Source of the DNA: Candidatus Rokuibacteriota bacterium
Lineage (GTDB): Bacteria; Methylomirabilota; Methylomirabilia; Rokubacteriales; CSP1-6
DNA: 42,447 bases
Assembly: GCA_016201645.1 (NCBI GenBank)
Contig: JACQCL010000163.1
Location: 1 to 42,447 of the forward strand
Direction of reading: 5' to 3'
Shown: positions 1 through 9,551 of the stretch, piece after piece
Position numbering within the stretch: position 1 is the first letter of the stretch
How the letters are laid out: every line of letters starts with the position of its first letter
Made by a program: the position numbers and the translations under genes
The notes under the pieces: generated by a model
Told to the model about the DNA's origin: nothing
Seen by the model: only the letters and a program-made list of their open reading frames with translations
Databases searched by the model: none

Positions 1-205
1 CGAGCTGGTGCAGGAGACGGCGCCCGCGGTGCGGCGGCGCCCCTGGGCGGACGCCCAGGAGTCCCGGGGCGAGAGGGCCGACCCCCTCGCGACGGCGCGA
101 CCGGCAGTCAGGAACGCCAGCGGCGAGAAGGTCGGTCGGAATGACCCCTGCCCATGCGGTTCCGGAAAGAAGTACAAGAAGTGCTGTCTGCTCAGAGCTA
201 CCTGA
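1..205 (+). CDS. secA: Preprotein translocase ATPase SecA, C-terminal fragment (5' end lies outside the window)
   Basis: The frame is open to the window edge. The peptide ends ...[18 protein letters not shown], the zinc-binding SEC-C motif typical of the SecA C-terminus. Stop TGA at 203-205. Confidence 0.85.
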   Translation, partial: ELVQETAPAVRRRPWADAQESRGERADPLATARPAVRNASGEKVGRNDPCPCGSGKKYKKCCLLRAT

Positions 206-245
206 CCTGCCGTCTCAATATCTAGGGTCTGCCCCCCTTCGTTCT

Positions 246-266
246 CCCCAGGCGTGGGGTTTTTTC
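246..266 (+). terminator. Putative rho-independent terminator after secA
   Basis: CCCCA (246-250) / GGCG loop / TGGGG (255-259), followed directly by TTTTTTCTTT. It lies 40 nt downstream of the secA stop. The stem is only 5 bp, so confidence is moderate. Confidence 0.5.
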
Positions 267-321
267 TTTGTTGGACGCCGGCCTGCGTGATATGAATACG
301 TCAATCTCTGTGGGGAGAGCG

Positions 322-3300
322 ATGCGGCTCGAGAAGATTATCGTCCACGGGTTCAAATCCTTCGGCGAGAAGACCGAGTTCAAGATCTTGCCCGGCATCA
401 CCGCCATCGTGGGCCCGAACGGGACCGGCAAGAGCAACGTGGCGGACGCGATTCGCTGGGCTCTCGGTGAGCAGAGCCCCAAGTCCCTCCGCGGCCACCG
501 GATGGAGGATGTGATCTTCCACGGCTCGGCGTCCCACAAGCCGCTGGGGCTGGCCGACGTGGAGCTTATCTTCGCCAACGACGGTGCCATCTCGGTTCCC
601 TGGAGCGAGGTGAGCGTCAGCCGGCGGCTTTACCGAACGGGGGAGAGCGAATACCTCCTGAACCGGACCGTCTGCCGCCTCCGCGATGTCCTGGACCTGT
701 TCGTCGGAACCGGCGTCAACCCGAAGGCGTACGCCCTGATGGATCAGGAACGGCTCAACCACGTCCTCACGGCGAAGCCGCTGGAGCGGCGGGTGTTCAT
801 CGAAGAGGCGGCGGGGATTACTCGCTATAAGCAGCAGCGCGTGGAGACGGTGGGGAAGCTGGACGCGACCCGCCAGAATCTCCAGCGGGTCCGCGACGTC
901 ATGGACGAGGTCAAGCGGCAGCTTGGCTCTCTGGAGCGGCAGGCGCGGAAGGCCCAGCAGTATAAAACCCTGCACGCCGAGCAGCGGAAACTCTCCCTAG
1001 CCCTCCTGGCGGCGGACTATCTGGCCCTCGGGCGTCAGGAGGCCGAGTGCCGCGAGCGGATGGACGGGCTTCGGCGCCAGGAAGAGGCGACCCGGGTGCG
1101 GCTCTCCGGCCTCGCGGCTGAGGAAGCCGCCCAGCGCGTGCAGATCCAGGAGACGGAACACCGCCTGTCGGACCTCCACCAATCGGTGCAGAAGATCCAG
1201 GGGGAGGTGGAGCGGCTTCTCGAGCGGCGCGAGCAGATGGGCATCCAGATCCGGGAGCTCTCTGAGGAGGACCTGAGGCTCCAAGAAGAGATCCGGCTCA
1301 TGGAAGAACGCGTGAGAGGCCTCAGAGCCGACCGGGCGACAAAGGAGCGCCAGCTGGAGGAGTTCGTAGCTTCCCAGCGAGAGCGGCAGGGCGCTCTCGA
1401 AGTGCTGGAGAGCGAACTCGAGAGGCTTCGCGGCACACTCCTGGAGAACCGGCAACGGCTCGAGGCGCTCCGGATTGATTCGGTGCGGGCGGCGGGGGAG
1501 CGGGCTGAGCTGACCCGTTCCATCGGCGCGCTTCGGGAGCGGGAGAGCCAGCTCCTTCGCCGCCGGGAGCGGCTCGGGGAGGAGGCGGCCGCCACCTCTG
1601 CCGAGGCTCGGGACCTGGCCGAGTCGCGCGGGCGGCTCGAGATTCTCCAGAAGCAGATCGCGGAGGAGTTGTCGCAGCTGGAGGCGCGGCGTTCGACCCT
1701 GGAGCGCGAACTGGCGGCTCGGGAAGGCCTGCGGCAGCGGGGCCAGGCCGAGCTGGACGAACTCCGCCTCACCCTGGCCGCGCGGCAGTCGAGGCGGGAA
1801 GCTCTGGAGCGCCTGGAGCGGGAACGGGAAGGATACGGGGCGGGGGTCCGCGCGATCTTCAAGGACGGGAGCGCTTCGGCGATCCCGGGGGTTCTCGGCA
1901 CTGTGGCGGATCTGCTGGAAGTCCCCTCCGGGCTCGAGACCGCAGTGGAGGCCGTGCTCGGCAATCGTCTCCAGTGGGTGGTGGTGGAACGCTTCGCCGA
2001 CGCGAAAGCCGGCGTCGGACATCTGGCGGCGAACGGCGCCGGGTCGGCCACGTTCCTTCCCCTGGAAACCCTCCCCGTCGAGAACGGGCTCCCGCGGGAC
2101 GAGGCCGATCTCAGGTGGGCTGCTCGGCTCGTGCGCTCGCGCCACGCCGCCTTGCTTCATTATCTCCTCGGCCGGGTGGCGGTGGTGCGGAACCTGGACC
2201 AAGCTGAAGCGCTATGGCGCCTCAACGGAACAACTGCGACCTTCGTCACGCGGACCGGGGAAGTGCTCTCTCCGGCCGGAAGGTTGACGGGCGGCCGCGC
2301 GTCGAGCGGCGAGGCGGAGCACTCACTGCTCGGACGGAAGCGCGCGATCAGGGAACTCGCCGATGAGTCCGCACGCCTGGCCGAGGGTGTGGGGGTGGCG
2401 CAGACGTGCCTGGAGCGGTTGGAGGCCGAGATTCTGGCGCTCAGGGGCGAGCAGGCCCGGCTTCTCGAATCCATCCAGAGCCACGCCGGGCGACGGCTCG
2501 AGCAGGAGAAGGACCTGGAACAGATCCTCCGGGAGGCCGGGCGCCTCTCCGGGCATCTCGAAACGCTCGAGGTTGAGGAGCGACAGCTCGAGGAGGAGGC
2601 CGGCGCGGCGGCGCGGGAGCGGGAAGCCTTGGAGAGGCAGGTTCAAGCCGCAACCGAGGAGGAGAGGCGGCTGGAGAGCACCATGGTTGAGCTCCGCGCG
2701 ACCGTGGAAGCCTCCCAGGAGAGCGATACGGCTCTCGCGGGAGAACTGACAGCCGGTCGGGTCGAATGGGCCGCCCTCGGAGAGCGGGTCGAAGCCCTCC
2801 GCCGGGAACTTGTTCACTTGGATGACGTGGGCGAGGACCTGGCCCGGCGCCGGTCTCAGGCGGAAGCGCGCCGGCGTCAGCTCGCCCTACGGCAGGCGGA
2901 CCTCTCCTCGGAGCGGGCGGAGGCGGATGAGCGGGCCCGTCAGGTGGCGGTGGACCGGGACCGCCTGGAGGGTGAGGAGCGTCGGATTGCCCGTGAGCAC
3001 GCGGAGCTGGTCGCGCGCCTCCAGGAGATTGAGGCGACGGCTGGTCAGGAGGAGCGGGCGTTGGATCAGATTCGCGAGGCGCTTCACGGGCTTGAGCTCC
3101 AGGCTACCGAAGGTCGGGTCAGGCGCGAAGAGCTGGAGCAGGAGGGGCGGCGCCGTTTCGGCGTTGAGGCGATCGCGCTCGGGAGTCACGCCGACCCGTC
3201 CGCCGATCTGGAGGCGGTCAGGTCTCGGCTGACGGAGCTGGACGCGAACGTGGCCGCCATGGGGCCGGTCAACCTCGTGGCCGACGAAGAGTACCGTGAA

Positions 3301-3864
3301 CTCGAAGAGCGCTTGGCCTTTCTCCGAAGCCAGCACGAAGACCTCGTCCTCTCCATCAAGGACCTCGAGAAGGCCATCAGGGGGATGACCCGAACGGCGC
3401 AGGAGCGGTTCGTCCAAGCCTTCGAGGCGATCAACGGGCACTTCGGCCAGATCTTCGGTCGCCTCTTCGAAGGGGGGCGGGCCGAGTTGAGGCTCGTGGA
3501 ACCCGAGGAGGGCGAAGATGCCCTGGAGTCCGGGGTCGAGCTGATGGCTCAGCCCCGGGGGAAGCGCCTTCAGTCCGTCACGCTCCTGTCCGGCGGAGAG
3601 AAGGCGCTCACCGGACTGGCGTTGCTCTTCGCCATCTTCTACTTCAGGCCGAGCCCCTTCTGCGTGTTGGATGAAGTCGATGCGCCCTTAGATGACGCGA
3701 ACATCCATCGATTCCTTCGAGTTCTACGTGAACTCTGCCAGCAAACCCAGTTTATCGTGATTACGCACAACCGAAAGACCATGGAAGCGGTCGACGTGCT
3801 CTACGGCATCACGATGGAGGAACCCGGACTCTCCCGCCTCGTGTCTGTCCGCCTCAACGACTGA
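322..3864 (+). CDS. smc: Chromosome partition protein SMC (about 1180 aa)
   Basis: N-terminus MRLEKIIVHGFKSFG with Walker A GPNGTGKSN. Very long E/R/L/A-rich coiled coil with a central hinge. C-terminal LSGGEK signature and Walker B FCVLDEVDAPLD. SD GGGGAGAG sits just before ATG 322. The track ORF starts at 268, but homology begins at MRLEK. Confidence 0.95.
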   Translation: MRLEKIIVHGFKSFGEKTEFKILPGITAIVGPNGTGKSNVADAIRWALGEQSPKSLRGHRMEDVIFHGSASHKPLGLADVELIFANDGAISVPWSEVSVSRRLYRTGESEYLLNRTVCRLRDVLDLFVGTGVNPKAYALMDQERLNHVLTAKPLERRVFIEEAAGITRYKQQRVETVGKLDATRQNLQRVRDVMDEVKRQLGSLERQARKAQQYKTLHAEQRKLSLALLAADYLALGRQEAECRERMDGLRRQEEATRVRLSGLAAEEAAQRVQIQETEHRLSDLHQSVQKIQGEVERLLERREQMGIQIRELSEEDLRLQEEIRLMEERVRGLRADRATKERQLEEFVASQRERQGALEVLESELERLRGTLLENRQRLEALRIDSVRAAGERAELTRSIGALRERESQLLRRRERLGEEAAATSAEARDLAESRGRLEILQKQIAEELSQLEARRSTLERELAAREGLRQRGQAELDELRLTLAARQSRREALERLEREREGYGAGVRAIFKDGSASAIPGVLGTVADLLEVPSGLETAVEAVLGNRLQWVVVERFADAKAGVGHLAANGAGSATFLPLETLPVENGLPRDEADLRWAARLVRSRHAALLHYLLGRVAVVRNLDQAEALWRLNGTTATFVTRTGEVLSPAGRLTGGRASSGEAEHSLLGRKRAIRELADESARLAEGVGVAQTCLERLEAEILALRGEQARLLESIQSHAGRRLEQEKDLEQILREAGRLSGHLETLEVEERQLEEEAGAAAREREALERQVQAATEEERRLESTMVELRATVEASQESDTALAGELTAGRVEWAALGERVEALRRELVHLDDVGEDLARRRSQAEARRRQLALRQADLSSERAEADERARQVAVDRDRLEGEERRIAREHAELVARLQEIEATAGQEERALDQIREALHGLELQATEGRVRREELEQEGRRRFGVEAIALGSHADPSADLEAVRSRLTELDANVAAMGPVNLVADEEYRELEERLAFLRSQHEDLVLSIKDLEKAIRGMTRTAQERFVQAFEAINGHFGQIFGRLFEGGRAELRLVEPEEGEDALESGVELMAQPRGKRLQSVTLLSGGEKALTGLALLFAIFYFRPSPFCVLDEVDAPLDDANIHRFLRVLRELCQQTQFIVITHNRKTMEAVDVLYGITMEEPGLSRLVSVRLND

Positions 3865-3884
3865 AACCTAAATCCTTTCGAGCG

Positions 3885-3914
3885 TTGACTTTTCTCGACG
3901 GCATGGATTACACT
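3885..3914 (+). promoter_or_regulatory. Putative sigma70-type promoter for rodZ and downstream genes
   Basis: TTGACT (3885-3890), 18-nt spacer, TACACT (3909-3914), in the 70-nt smc-rodZ gap. The same TTACACT element recurs at 16388 and 37620. Confidence 0.45.
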
Positions 3915-3934
3915 CCTTCCGGCAGGGGTTCCCC

Positions 3935-4657
3935 ATGCAGTCCCTCGGTTCTTACCTGAGCGAGCTTCGAGCAGCCCGGGGTGTTTCCCTGGAGGAGCTG
4001 GCCCGCATTACACGTGTCGGCCAGCCGTACCTCCAGGCGTTGGAAGCAGACGCCTTTGACCGGCTTCCCGCCCCGGTCTTTAACAAGGGATTCATCCGGG
4101 CCTACTGTCAGGCCCTGGGAGAGTCCGCCGACGAGGCCCTCGCCCGCTATCGGGAACTCTTGGGCACGCCGCCCGCTCAGCCCGCGCTCCAGCTCACCCT
4201 ACGGCCAAGGGCGCCCGGGCATGGACCGGTGCTGGTGAGCCTCGTCCTGCTCCTCGTGTTGGGCCTCGGCCTCTTCCTCGTGGTCGGACTCCAGGGGCGT
4301 CTCAAGGGACCCGTCGTCGCTGGCGGTGCGACGGCTTCGGCGCCGAAGAGGGTCTCGCCGTCTTCAGTGGCGACGGCGCCGAGACCAGAAGACTCGTCGC
4401 GCTTGAGGCTGGTGGCTCGGACCACGGAGCCCACGTGGGTGCGGGTGCAAACCGACGACGGAGGCGTGGTGCAGGAGCTCCTCCCCGCCGGCGCGACGCG
4501 GGAGTGGGTGTCCGCCAGACGTTTCATCGTCACCGTCGGCAATGCGGGCGGCATCGCTCTGGAACTCAACGGCCAGCCGCTCCCGCCGTTGGGCGCCCGG
4601 GGCGCGGTCATACAGAATCTCGTCATCCCGGCGGAGACCGAGGCCGCGAGGCCGTGA
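3935..4657 (+). CDS. rodZ: RodZ-like cytoskeleton/shape protein (N-terminal HTH, one TM helix, C-terminal DUF4115-like domain)
   Basis: N-terminal XRE-like HTH (LGSYLSELRAARGVSLEELARITRVGQPYLQALE..FDRLP..F.KGFIR.Y). TM segment GPVLVSLVLLLVLGLGLFLVVGL. C-terminal beta-rich domain (TWVRVQTDDG...VTVGNAGGIALELNG). SD AGGGGT lies 5 nt before the ATG. Confidence 0.75.
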   Translation: MQSLGSYLSELRAARGVSLEELARITRVGQPYLQALEADAFDRLPAPVFNKGFIRAYCQALGESADEALARYRELLGTPPAQPALQLTLRPRAPGHGPVLVSLVLLLVLGLGLFLVVGLQGRLKGPVVAGGATASAPKRVSPSSVATAPRPEDSSRLRLVARTTEPTWVRVQTDDGGVVQELLPAGATREWVSARRFIVTVGNAGGIALELNGQPLPPLGARGAVIQNLVIPAETEAARP

Positions 4658-5577
4658 AAGTTCTGGCGGCCCTGGCCGATCGCGTGAGGCTCAGCCTCGA
4701 GCGGTCCAGAAACGCCCTGGGCGGCGGGCTTAGCGCCATCCTCCGCCTTGCGAGGCCCCTCGACGAGTCGCTCTTCGAGGAGCTGGAGGAACTGCTGGTC
4801 TCGGCCGACCTGGGATCCCTCACCGCGCGCGAGTTTGTCGAGCGCCTGCGGGAAGACGTCCGCCGAGGTCGTCTCACCGCGCCGGAGGACGTCCGCTCAG
4901 AGCTCAAGCGGTTTCTCGAAGAGGTGCTGGCGACCGCCGTTTCCCCGTTGGCGCTCGATCAGCGGCCGGCGGTGATCCTGATGCTGGGAGTCAACGGCAG
5001 CGGCAAGACCACGACGTGCGGCAAGCTGGCGGCGGCCCTCAAGGGCGCGGGCAAGTCGGTCGCGTTGGCGGCCGCCGACACATTCCGCGCGGCGGCCATT
5101 GACCAGCTCCTGGCCTGGGGAGAGCGGGTCGGAGTGGAGGTCATCCACCAGGCTCCCGGTTCGGATCCGTCGGCCGTCGTCTTCGACGCTGTCAAGGCGG
5201 TGACGGCCCGGGGCGTGGATGTGCTTATTGTGGATACGGCGGGCCGGCTCCACACGAAGTCGAACCTGCTCGAGGAGCTGGCCAAGGTCAAGCGGGTGGT
5301 GGGCCGCCAGCTTCCCGGTGCCCCGCACGAATCCCTCATGGTGCTGGACGCGACGACCGGCCAGAACGGGCTGGCTCAGGCCCGGACTTTCCACGAGGGG
5401 GTCGGACTCACGGGGCTTGTCCTCACCAAGCTCGACGGCACAGCCAAGGGTGGCATCGTGGTTCCGATCCACCGCGAGCTCGGCCTGCCGATCAAGCTGG
5501 TCGGCACCGGCGAACGCGAGGACGACCTGCAGCCCTTCGACCCCAAGGTGTTTGTGTCGGCCCTCCTCCCGGAGTAG
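4654..5577 (+). CDS. ftsY: Signal recognition particle receptor FtsY (short form, no acidic A domain)
   Basis: SRP-GTPase motifs GVNGSGKTTT, DTAGRLH, TKLDGTAKGG. GTG 4654 overlaps the rodZ TGA (GTGA). The track ORF start at 4435 is an out-of-frame overlap with rodZ and is R/G-rich. Confidence 0.9.
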   Translation: MKVLAALADRVRLSLERSRNALGGGLSAILRLARPLDESLFEELEELLVSADLGSLTAREFVERLREDVRRGRLTAPEDVRSELKRFLEEVLATAVSPLALDQRPAVILMLGVNGSGKTTTCGKLAAALKGAGKSVALAAADTFRAAAIDQLLAWGERVGVEVIHQAPGSDPSAVVFDAVKAVTARGVDVLIVDTAGRLHTKSNLLEELAKVKRVVGRQLPGAPHESLMVLDATTGQNGLAQARTFHEGVGLTGLVLTKLDGTAKGGIVVPIHRELGLPIKLVGTGEREDDLQPFDPKVFVSALLPE

Positions 5578-5590
5578 CCGGGGACCGCCC

Positions 5591-6724
5591 ATGCCTCTCT
5601 CCGCCCTCGATGAGTCCCTGATGCACCGGGCCCTCGCTCTGGCCGAGTGCGCCCGGGGACTGACTTCCCCCAACCCCTTGGTCGGAGCCCTGGTCGTTCG
5701 TGACGGGGTGATCGTCGGCGAAGGCTTCCACCTGCGAGCCGGCGCCCCCCACGCCGAGAGCCTGGCCCTCGCCGTCGCAGGGGAGGCGGCGCGCGGCGCG
5801 ACGCTCTACGTGACGCTTGAGCCGTGCGTTCATGAGGGGCGGACTCCGCCCTGCGTCCCGGCGATTGTCGAGGCCGGGATTCGCCGGGTGGTGGCAGCGG
5901 TGGGAGACCCGAACCCGCGAGTGGCCGGGGCCGGCCTCGCGGCGCTCGGCCAGGCCGGGCTTGAGGTCTCGGTCGGGTGTCTTGAGGAGGAGGCGCGCAG
6001 GCTCAACCAGCCCTTCTTCACCTGGATCACCGCGGGGCGCCCGTTCGTGACCCTCAAGGTCGCCATGAGCCTGGACGGCAAGATCGCCGGGTGGGATCGC
6101 TCCTCCCGCTGGATCACGGGCGAAGAGGCGCGCCGCGAGACACACCGGCTCAGGAGCCAAGCCGACGCAATCGCGGTGGGGATCTCGACGGTCCTGGCTG
6201 ATGATCCCGAGTTGACCGTCCGGCTAGAGCCCGCCTGGCCCCGCGAGCCCTATCGTGTGGTCGTTGACAGCCACGGTCGGACGCCGACGACCTCGCGTGT
6301 TCTTGCCGCGGGAAGCCCCGAGAGAACGCTGATTGCCGTGACCGAGTCGGCGCCGGAGGACCGGCTCAGGGCTCTTGAGGCGTCTGGGGCTCGGGTGCTC
6401 CGCCTCCCGGCTCGGGATGGGCGCGTGGACCTCGGTGCGCTGATGGCGGACCTGGCTCAGAGAGAGGTCACCGCGCTGCTCCTCGAGGGGGGTGGCGAGT
6501 TGAACGCAGGGTTTCTCGAGGCAGGGCTCGTGGATCGGGTTGCGGTCTTTGTGGCGCCGATGCTCCTCGGGGGGCGGGACGCTCCCACGCCGCTCGGGGG
6601 GCCCGGCCGAGGCTTGAAGGAGGCGTTTCGCCTCGCCCGGATGACCGTGAAGCCGGTGGGAGAGGACCTGCTCGTCGAAGGGGATATCGCCCGGGAGAAT
6701 GAGGATGTTCACGGGCATCGTTGA
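5591..6724 (+). CDS. ribD: Bifunctional riboflavin biosynthesis protein RibD (pyrimidine deaminase / uracil reductase)
   Basis: CMP/dCMP deaminase zinc motifs HAE...TLEPC..GRTPPC, followed by the RibD_C reductase domain ([14 protein letters not shown]). ATG 5591 lies 13 nt after the ftsY stop. Confidence 0.92.
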   Translation: MPLSALDESLMHRALALAECARGLTSPNPLVGALVVRDGVIVGEGFHLRAGAPHAESLALAVAGEAARGATLYVTLEPCVHEGRTPPCVPAIVEAGIRRVVAAVGDPNPRVAGAGLAALGQAGLEVSVGCLEEEARRLNQPFFTWITAGRPFVTLKVAMSLDGKIAGWDRSSRWITGEEARRETHRLRSQADAIAVGISTVLADDPELTVRLEPAWPREPYRVVVDSHGRTPTTSRVLAAGSPERTLIAVTESAPEDRLRALEASGARVLRLPARDGRVDLGALMADLAQREVTALLLEGGGELNAGFLEAGLVDRVAVFVAPMLLGGRDAPTPLGGPGRGLKEAFRLARMTVKPVGEDLLVEGDIARENEDVHGHR

Positions 6725-7367
6725 GGAGCTGGGCGAGGTCGTCCGGTTCCTCCGTCAGGAGGGGGCGTGGCGGCTCACTGTCAGGGGTGAACGCACTGTC
6801 GAAGGCAGCTCGGTGGGTTCGAGCGTTGCCGTCAACGGCGTCTACCTCACCGTGGTTGAGCAGTCCGGGAACCTTCTCACTTTTGAACTGGGCCCGGAGA
6901 CCTTGGGGGCCACGGCCCTCCCGGATCTGGCTCCAGGCTCCCCGGTCAACCTCGAGCGTCCCGTCCGCTTGGGGGCGCCGCTCGGCGGGCACCTGGTTCT
7001 CGGCCACGTTGACGGGATCGGGAGCGTCGCGCGGGTTTCCCCGGAGCGTGGTACCGTAAGGATGAGAATTGTGGTCCCGGACCCAAGCCTCCTGCGTTAT
7101 ATGATTCCCAAGGGTTCGGTGGCGGTGGACGGGGTGAGTCTGACCGTGGCGGCCCTGGAGAGGGACGCCTTCGAAGTCATGGTGATCCCGCATACGCTGT
7201 CGGTCACCACCCTGGGGAGGCGGGCGGCGGGGGACCGCGTCAACCTCGAAATGGACGTGATCGGCAAGTATCTCTACCGGTTTCTCCAGCTGGGGGAGGC
7301 CGGCGATGCCTCTGTTCTCGATGCGCTGCTGGCCCGCCAGGCGCTCGCTCGCGGAGGGGATCGATGA
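6705..7367 (+). CDS. ribE: Riboflavin synthase (alpha chain)
   Basis: Canonical [10 protein letters not shown]-terminus and duplicated lumazine-binding repeats (S.AVNGVCLTV-type: [11 protein letters not shown] and [11 protein letters not shown]). It overlaps the ribD 3' end. An alternative ATG at 6699 is 2 codons upstream. Confidence 0.92.
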   Translation: MFTGIVEELGEVVRFLRQEGAWRLTVRGERTVEGSSVGSSVAVNGVYLTVVEQSGNLLTFELGPETLGATALPDLAPGSPVNLERPVRLGAPLGGHLVLGHVDGIGSVARVSPERGTVRMRIVVPDPSLLRYMIPKGSVAVDGVSLTVAALERDAFEVMVIPHTLSVTTLGRRAAGDRVNLEMDVIGKYLYRFLQLGEAGDASVLDALLARQALARGGDR

Positions 7368-7383
7368 GCCCACGAGGTGCCGC

Positions 7384-8625
7384 ATGACGAAACTTCCTGA
7401 GGAGACCGCCCGCCGGGAGTTTGCGTCAATCGAGACCGCCATCGAAGAGATTCGGGCCGGCCGGATACTCGTGGTGGTGGACGACGAGGACCGCGAGAAC
7501 GAAGGCGACTTGGTCATGGCCGCCGACAAGGTGACGCCGGAAGCGGTCAACTTCATGACCAAGTACGGGCGCGGGCTCATCTGCGTGCCGATTGTCGGCG
7601 AACGACTGGACGCCCTTCAGATTTCCATGATGGTGTCGGACAACACGGCCCCGATGGGCACGGCCTTCACGGTCACGGTGGATGCCCGCCGGGGCGTCAC
7701 CACGGGGACTTCGGCGCACGACCGCGCGGTGACGATCAAGACCCTCGTGGATCCTAAGACCCGGCCCGAGGACCTGACGCGCCCCGGCCACATTCTCCCC
7801 CTCCGGGCGATGTCGGGCGGGGTTCTGCGCAGAGCCGGGCACACGGAGGCGTCGGTGGACCTCGCGCGCTTGGCCGGGTGCTCACCCGCCGGGGTCATCT
7901 GCGAGGTCATGGATGACGACGGGGGGATGGCGCGGGTCCCCCAGCTCCTGGCCCTCGCCCGGGCTCATGACCTGAAGGTCATCACGATCACGGACCTCAT
8001 CGAGTACCGGATCCGCAAGGAGAAGCTGGTCCGCCGCGTGGCCACCATTCGGCTTCCCACCGAGCTCGGCGACTTCACGGCTGTTGCGTACGAGACGACG
8101 GTGGACAACCGTGTGCCGCTGGCGCTGGTGGTTGGAGACGTCACCGGTGGCACGCCCGTCCTCGTCAGGGTGCACTCCGAGTGCCTCACGGGAGACGTCT
8201 TTCACAGCAAGCGGTGCGACTGCGGCTCGCAGCTCGAAACGGCGCTGAGCATCATCCAGAAGGAAGGGCGGGGTGTCTTCGTTTACATGCGGCAGGAGGG
8301 GCGGGGGATCGGGCTTCTGAACAAGATGCGGGCCTACGAGCTTCAGGATCAGGGCAAGGACACGGTGGAGGCGAACCTCGCGCTTGGCTTCAAGGCCGAC
8401 CTCAGGGACTATGGGATCGGCGCCCAGATCCTGCTGGACCTGGGGATAAGAAGCATGCGCCTCCTGACCAACAACCCCAAGAAGATCGTGGGGCTCGAAG
8501 GGTACGGCCTCCAGCTGGCGGAGCGGGTGCCTATCGAGATTCCCGCCACGGGCTCCAACCTCCGCTACCTCAAGACCAAGCGGGAGAAGCTGGGCCACCT
8601 CTTTTCCTCCCTCCCCTCCGAGTGA
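7384..8625 (+). CDS. ribBA: Bifunctional 3,4-dihydroxy-2-butanone-4-phosphate synthase / GTP cyclohydrolase II
   Basis: DHBP synthase part ([17 protein letters not shown]) followed by the GCH-II part ([18 protein letters not shown], zinc Cys triad). ATG 7384. Confidence 0.93.
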   Translation: MTKLPEETARREFASIETAIEEIRAGRILVVVDDEDRENEGDLVMAADKVTPEAVNFMTKYGRGLICVPIVGERLDALQISMMVSDNTAPMGTAFTVTVDARRGVTTGTSAHDRAVTIKTLVDPKTRPEDLTRPGHILPLRAMSGGVLRRAGHTEASVDLARLAGCSPAGVICEVMDDDGGMARVPQLLALARAHDLKVITITDLIEYRIRKEKLVRRVATIRLPTELGDFTAVAYETTVDNRVPLALVVGDVTGGTPVLVRVHSECLTGDVFHSKRCDCGSQLETALSIIQKEGRGVFVYMRQEGRGIGLLNKMRAYELQDQGKDTVEANLALGFKADLRDYGIGAQILLDLGIRSMRLLTNNPKKIVGLEGYGLQLAERVPIEIPATGSNLRYLKTKREKLGHLFSSLPSE

Positions 8626-8628
8626 CGT

Positions 8629-9141
8629 ATGGCGGGGAGGGCCCCGAAAGCTCCGAGGACGGGTAGGCCGGGTTCCGGCTCCGGGCGCGGCCGGCGGGCT
8701 CGGAGGTTCGGAGTCCTCGTTGCCCGCTTCAACGAGCCCATCTCGAAGCGGCTGCTGGACGGCGCGCTCGAAGCCTTTCGTCGCCACGGCTGCGAGTCCT
8801 CCCAGGTGGAAGTTCACTGGGTGCCCGGCTCCTTCGAGCTCCCCCAGGCGGCTCTGCATCTCGCCCGCACAGGGAGGTACGCGGCGATCGTGTGCCTCGG
8901 CGCCGTGATTCGCGGGGAAACCCCACACTTCGAGCACGTGGCCCGCGAGGCGGCTCAGGGGATCCGGGAGGTGGGCCTCTCCACGGGCGTTCCGACCACC
9001 TTCGGGGTGGTCACGGCCTTCACCCTGGAGCAGGCGTGGGAGCGCGCGGGCGGGAAGGTGGGGAACCGCGGCGAGGAGGCCGCGCTGGCGGCTCTGGAAA
9101 TGTCGGAGTTCGTGGCCCGGGTGGGGCGCCGCCATGGGTAA
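8629..9141 (+). CDS. ribH: 6,7-dimethyl-8-ribityllumazine synthase, with an R/G-rich N-terminal extension
   Basis: Core RFGVLVARFN..I...LL.GA...L...G, WVPGSFELP, GAVIRGETPHFE. No alternative in-frame start lies between 8629 and the conserved core. Confidence 0.9.
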   Translation: MAGRAPKAPRTGRPGSGSGRGRRARRFGVLVARFNEPISKRLLDGALEAFRRHGCESSQVEVHWVPGSFELPQAALHLARTGRYAAIVCLGAVIRGETPHFEHVAREAAQGIREVGLSTGVPTTFGVVTAFTLEQAWERAGGKVGNRGEEAALAALEMSEFVARVGRRHG

Positions 9142-9547
9142 GAGGCGGAAGGCTCGGGAGCTGGCGCTCCAGTTCCTCTACCAGCTTGAGCTCCGGGCGG
9201 ACGGGGACCCGGCGTCGTGCTCGGAGGAGTTCTGGAGCCGGCACCCCGTGGACCCGGAGGCGCGGGCGTTCGCCGAGACGCTGGTCCGCGGGACGAAGCT
9301 CCATCAGGGGAAGATCGACGAGCTGATTACCCAGTGCGCCGAGAACTGGGATCTCGATCGGATGGCCGTGGTGGATCGGAACATCCTCCGGGTCGGAATC
9401 TTCGAGCTGCTCTGGACGGCCGACATCCCGCCCAAGGTAGCGATCAACGAGGCGATCGAGGTCGCGAAAAAGTTCAGCACCCAGGAGTCCAGCCGGTTCA
9501 TCAACGGCATCCTCGACCGGATCCACAAAGAACTGAGACCGGGGTAA
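9134..9547 (+). CDS. nusB: Transcription antitermination factor NusB
   Basis: RRKARELALQ.LYQ N-terminus, RMA.VDRNILR.G..EL motif, and NE.IE.AK.F......FINGILD C-terminus. It follows ribH as in the classical ribH-nusB pair, with an 8-nt overlap. Confidence 0.92.
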   Translation: MGKRRKARELALQFLYQLELRADGDPASCSEEFWSRHPVDPEARAFAETLVRGTKLHQGKIDELITQCAENWDLDRMAVVDRNILRVGIFELLWTADIPPKVAINEAIEVAKKFSTQESSRFINGILDRIHKELRPG

Positions 9548-9551
9548 GCCG

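Noticed and set aside
271-296. Candidate smc promoter: TTGGAC at 271-276 and TATGAA at 291-296.
   Set aside because: The spacer is only 14 nt. Alternative hexamer pairings are poor, so this is not reported as a feature.
5221-5236. A DnaA-box-like TTGTGGATA inside ftsY.
   Set aside because: It is a single imperfect copy that encodes the conserved LIVDTAGR GTPase motif. There is no clustering and no AT-rich unwinding element.
5578-5590. Looked for an FMN (RFN) riboswitch upstream of the ribD-ribE-ribBA-ribH operon.
   Set aside because: Only 13 nt separate the ftsY stop from the ribD start, so there is no room for the aptamer (well over 100 nt). The rib genes appear to be read through from upstream.
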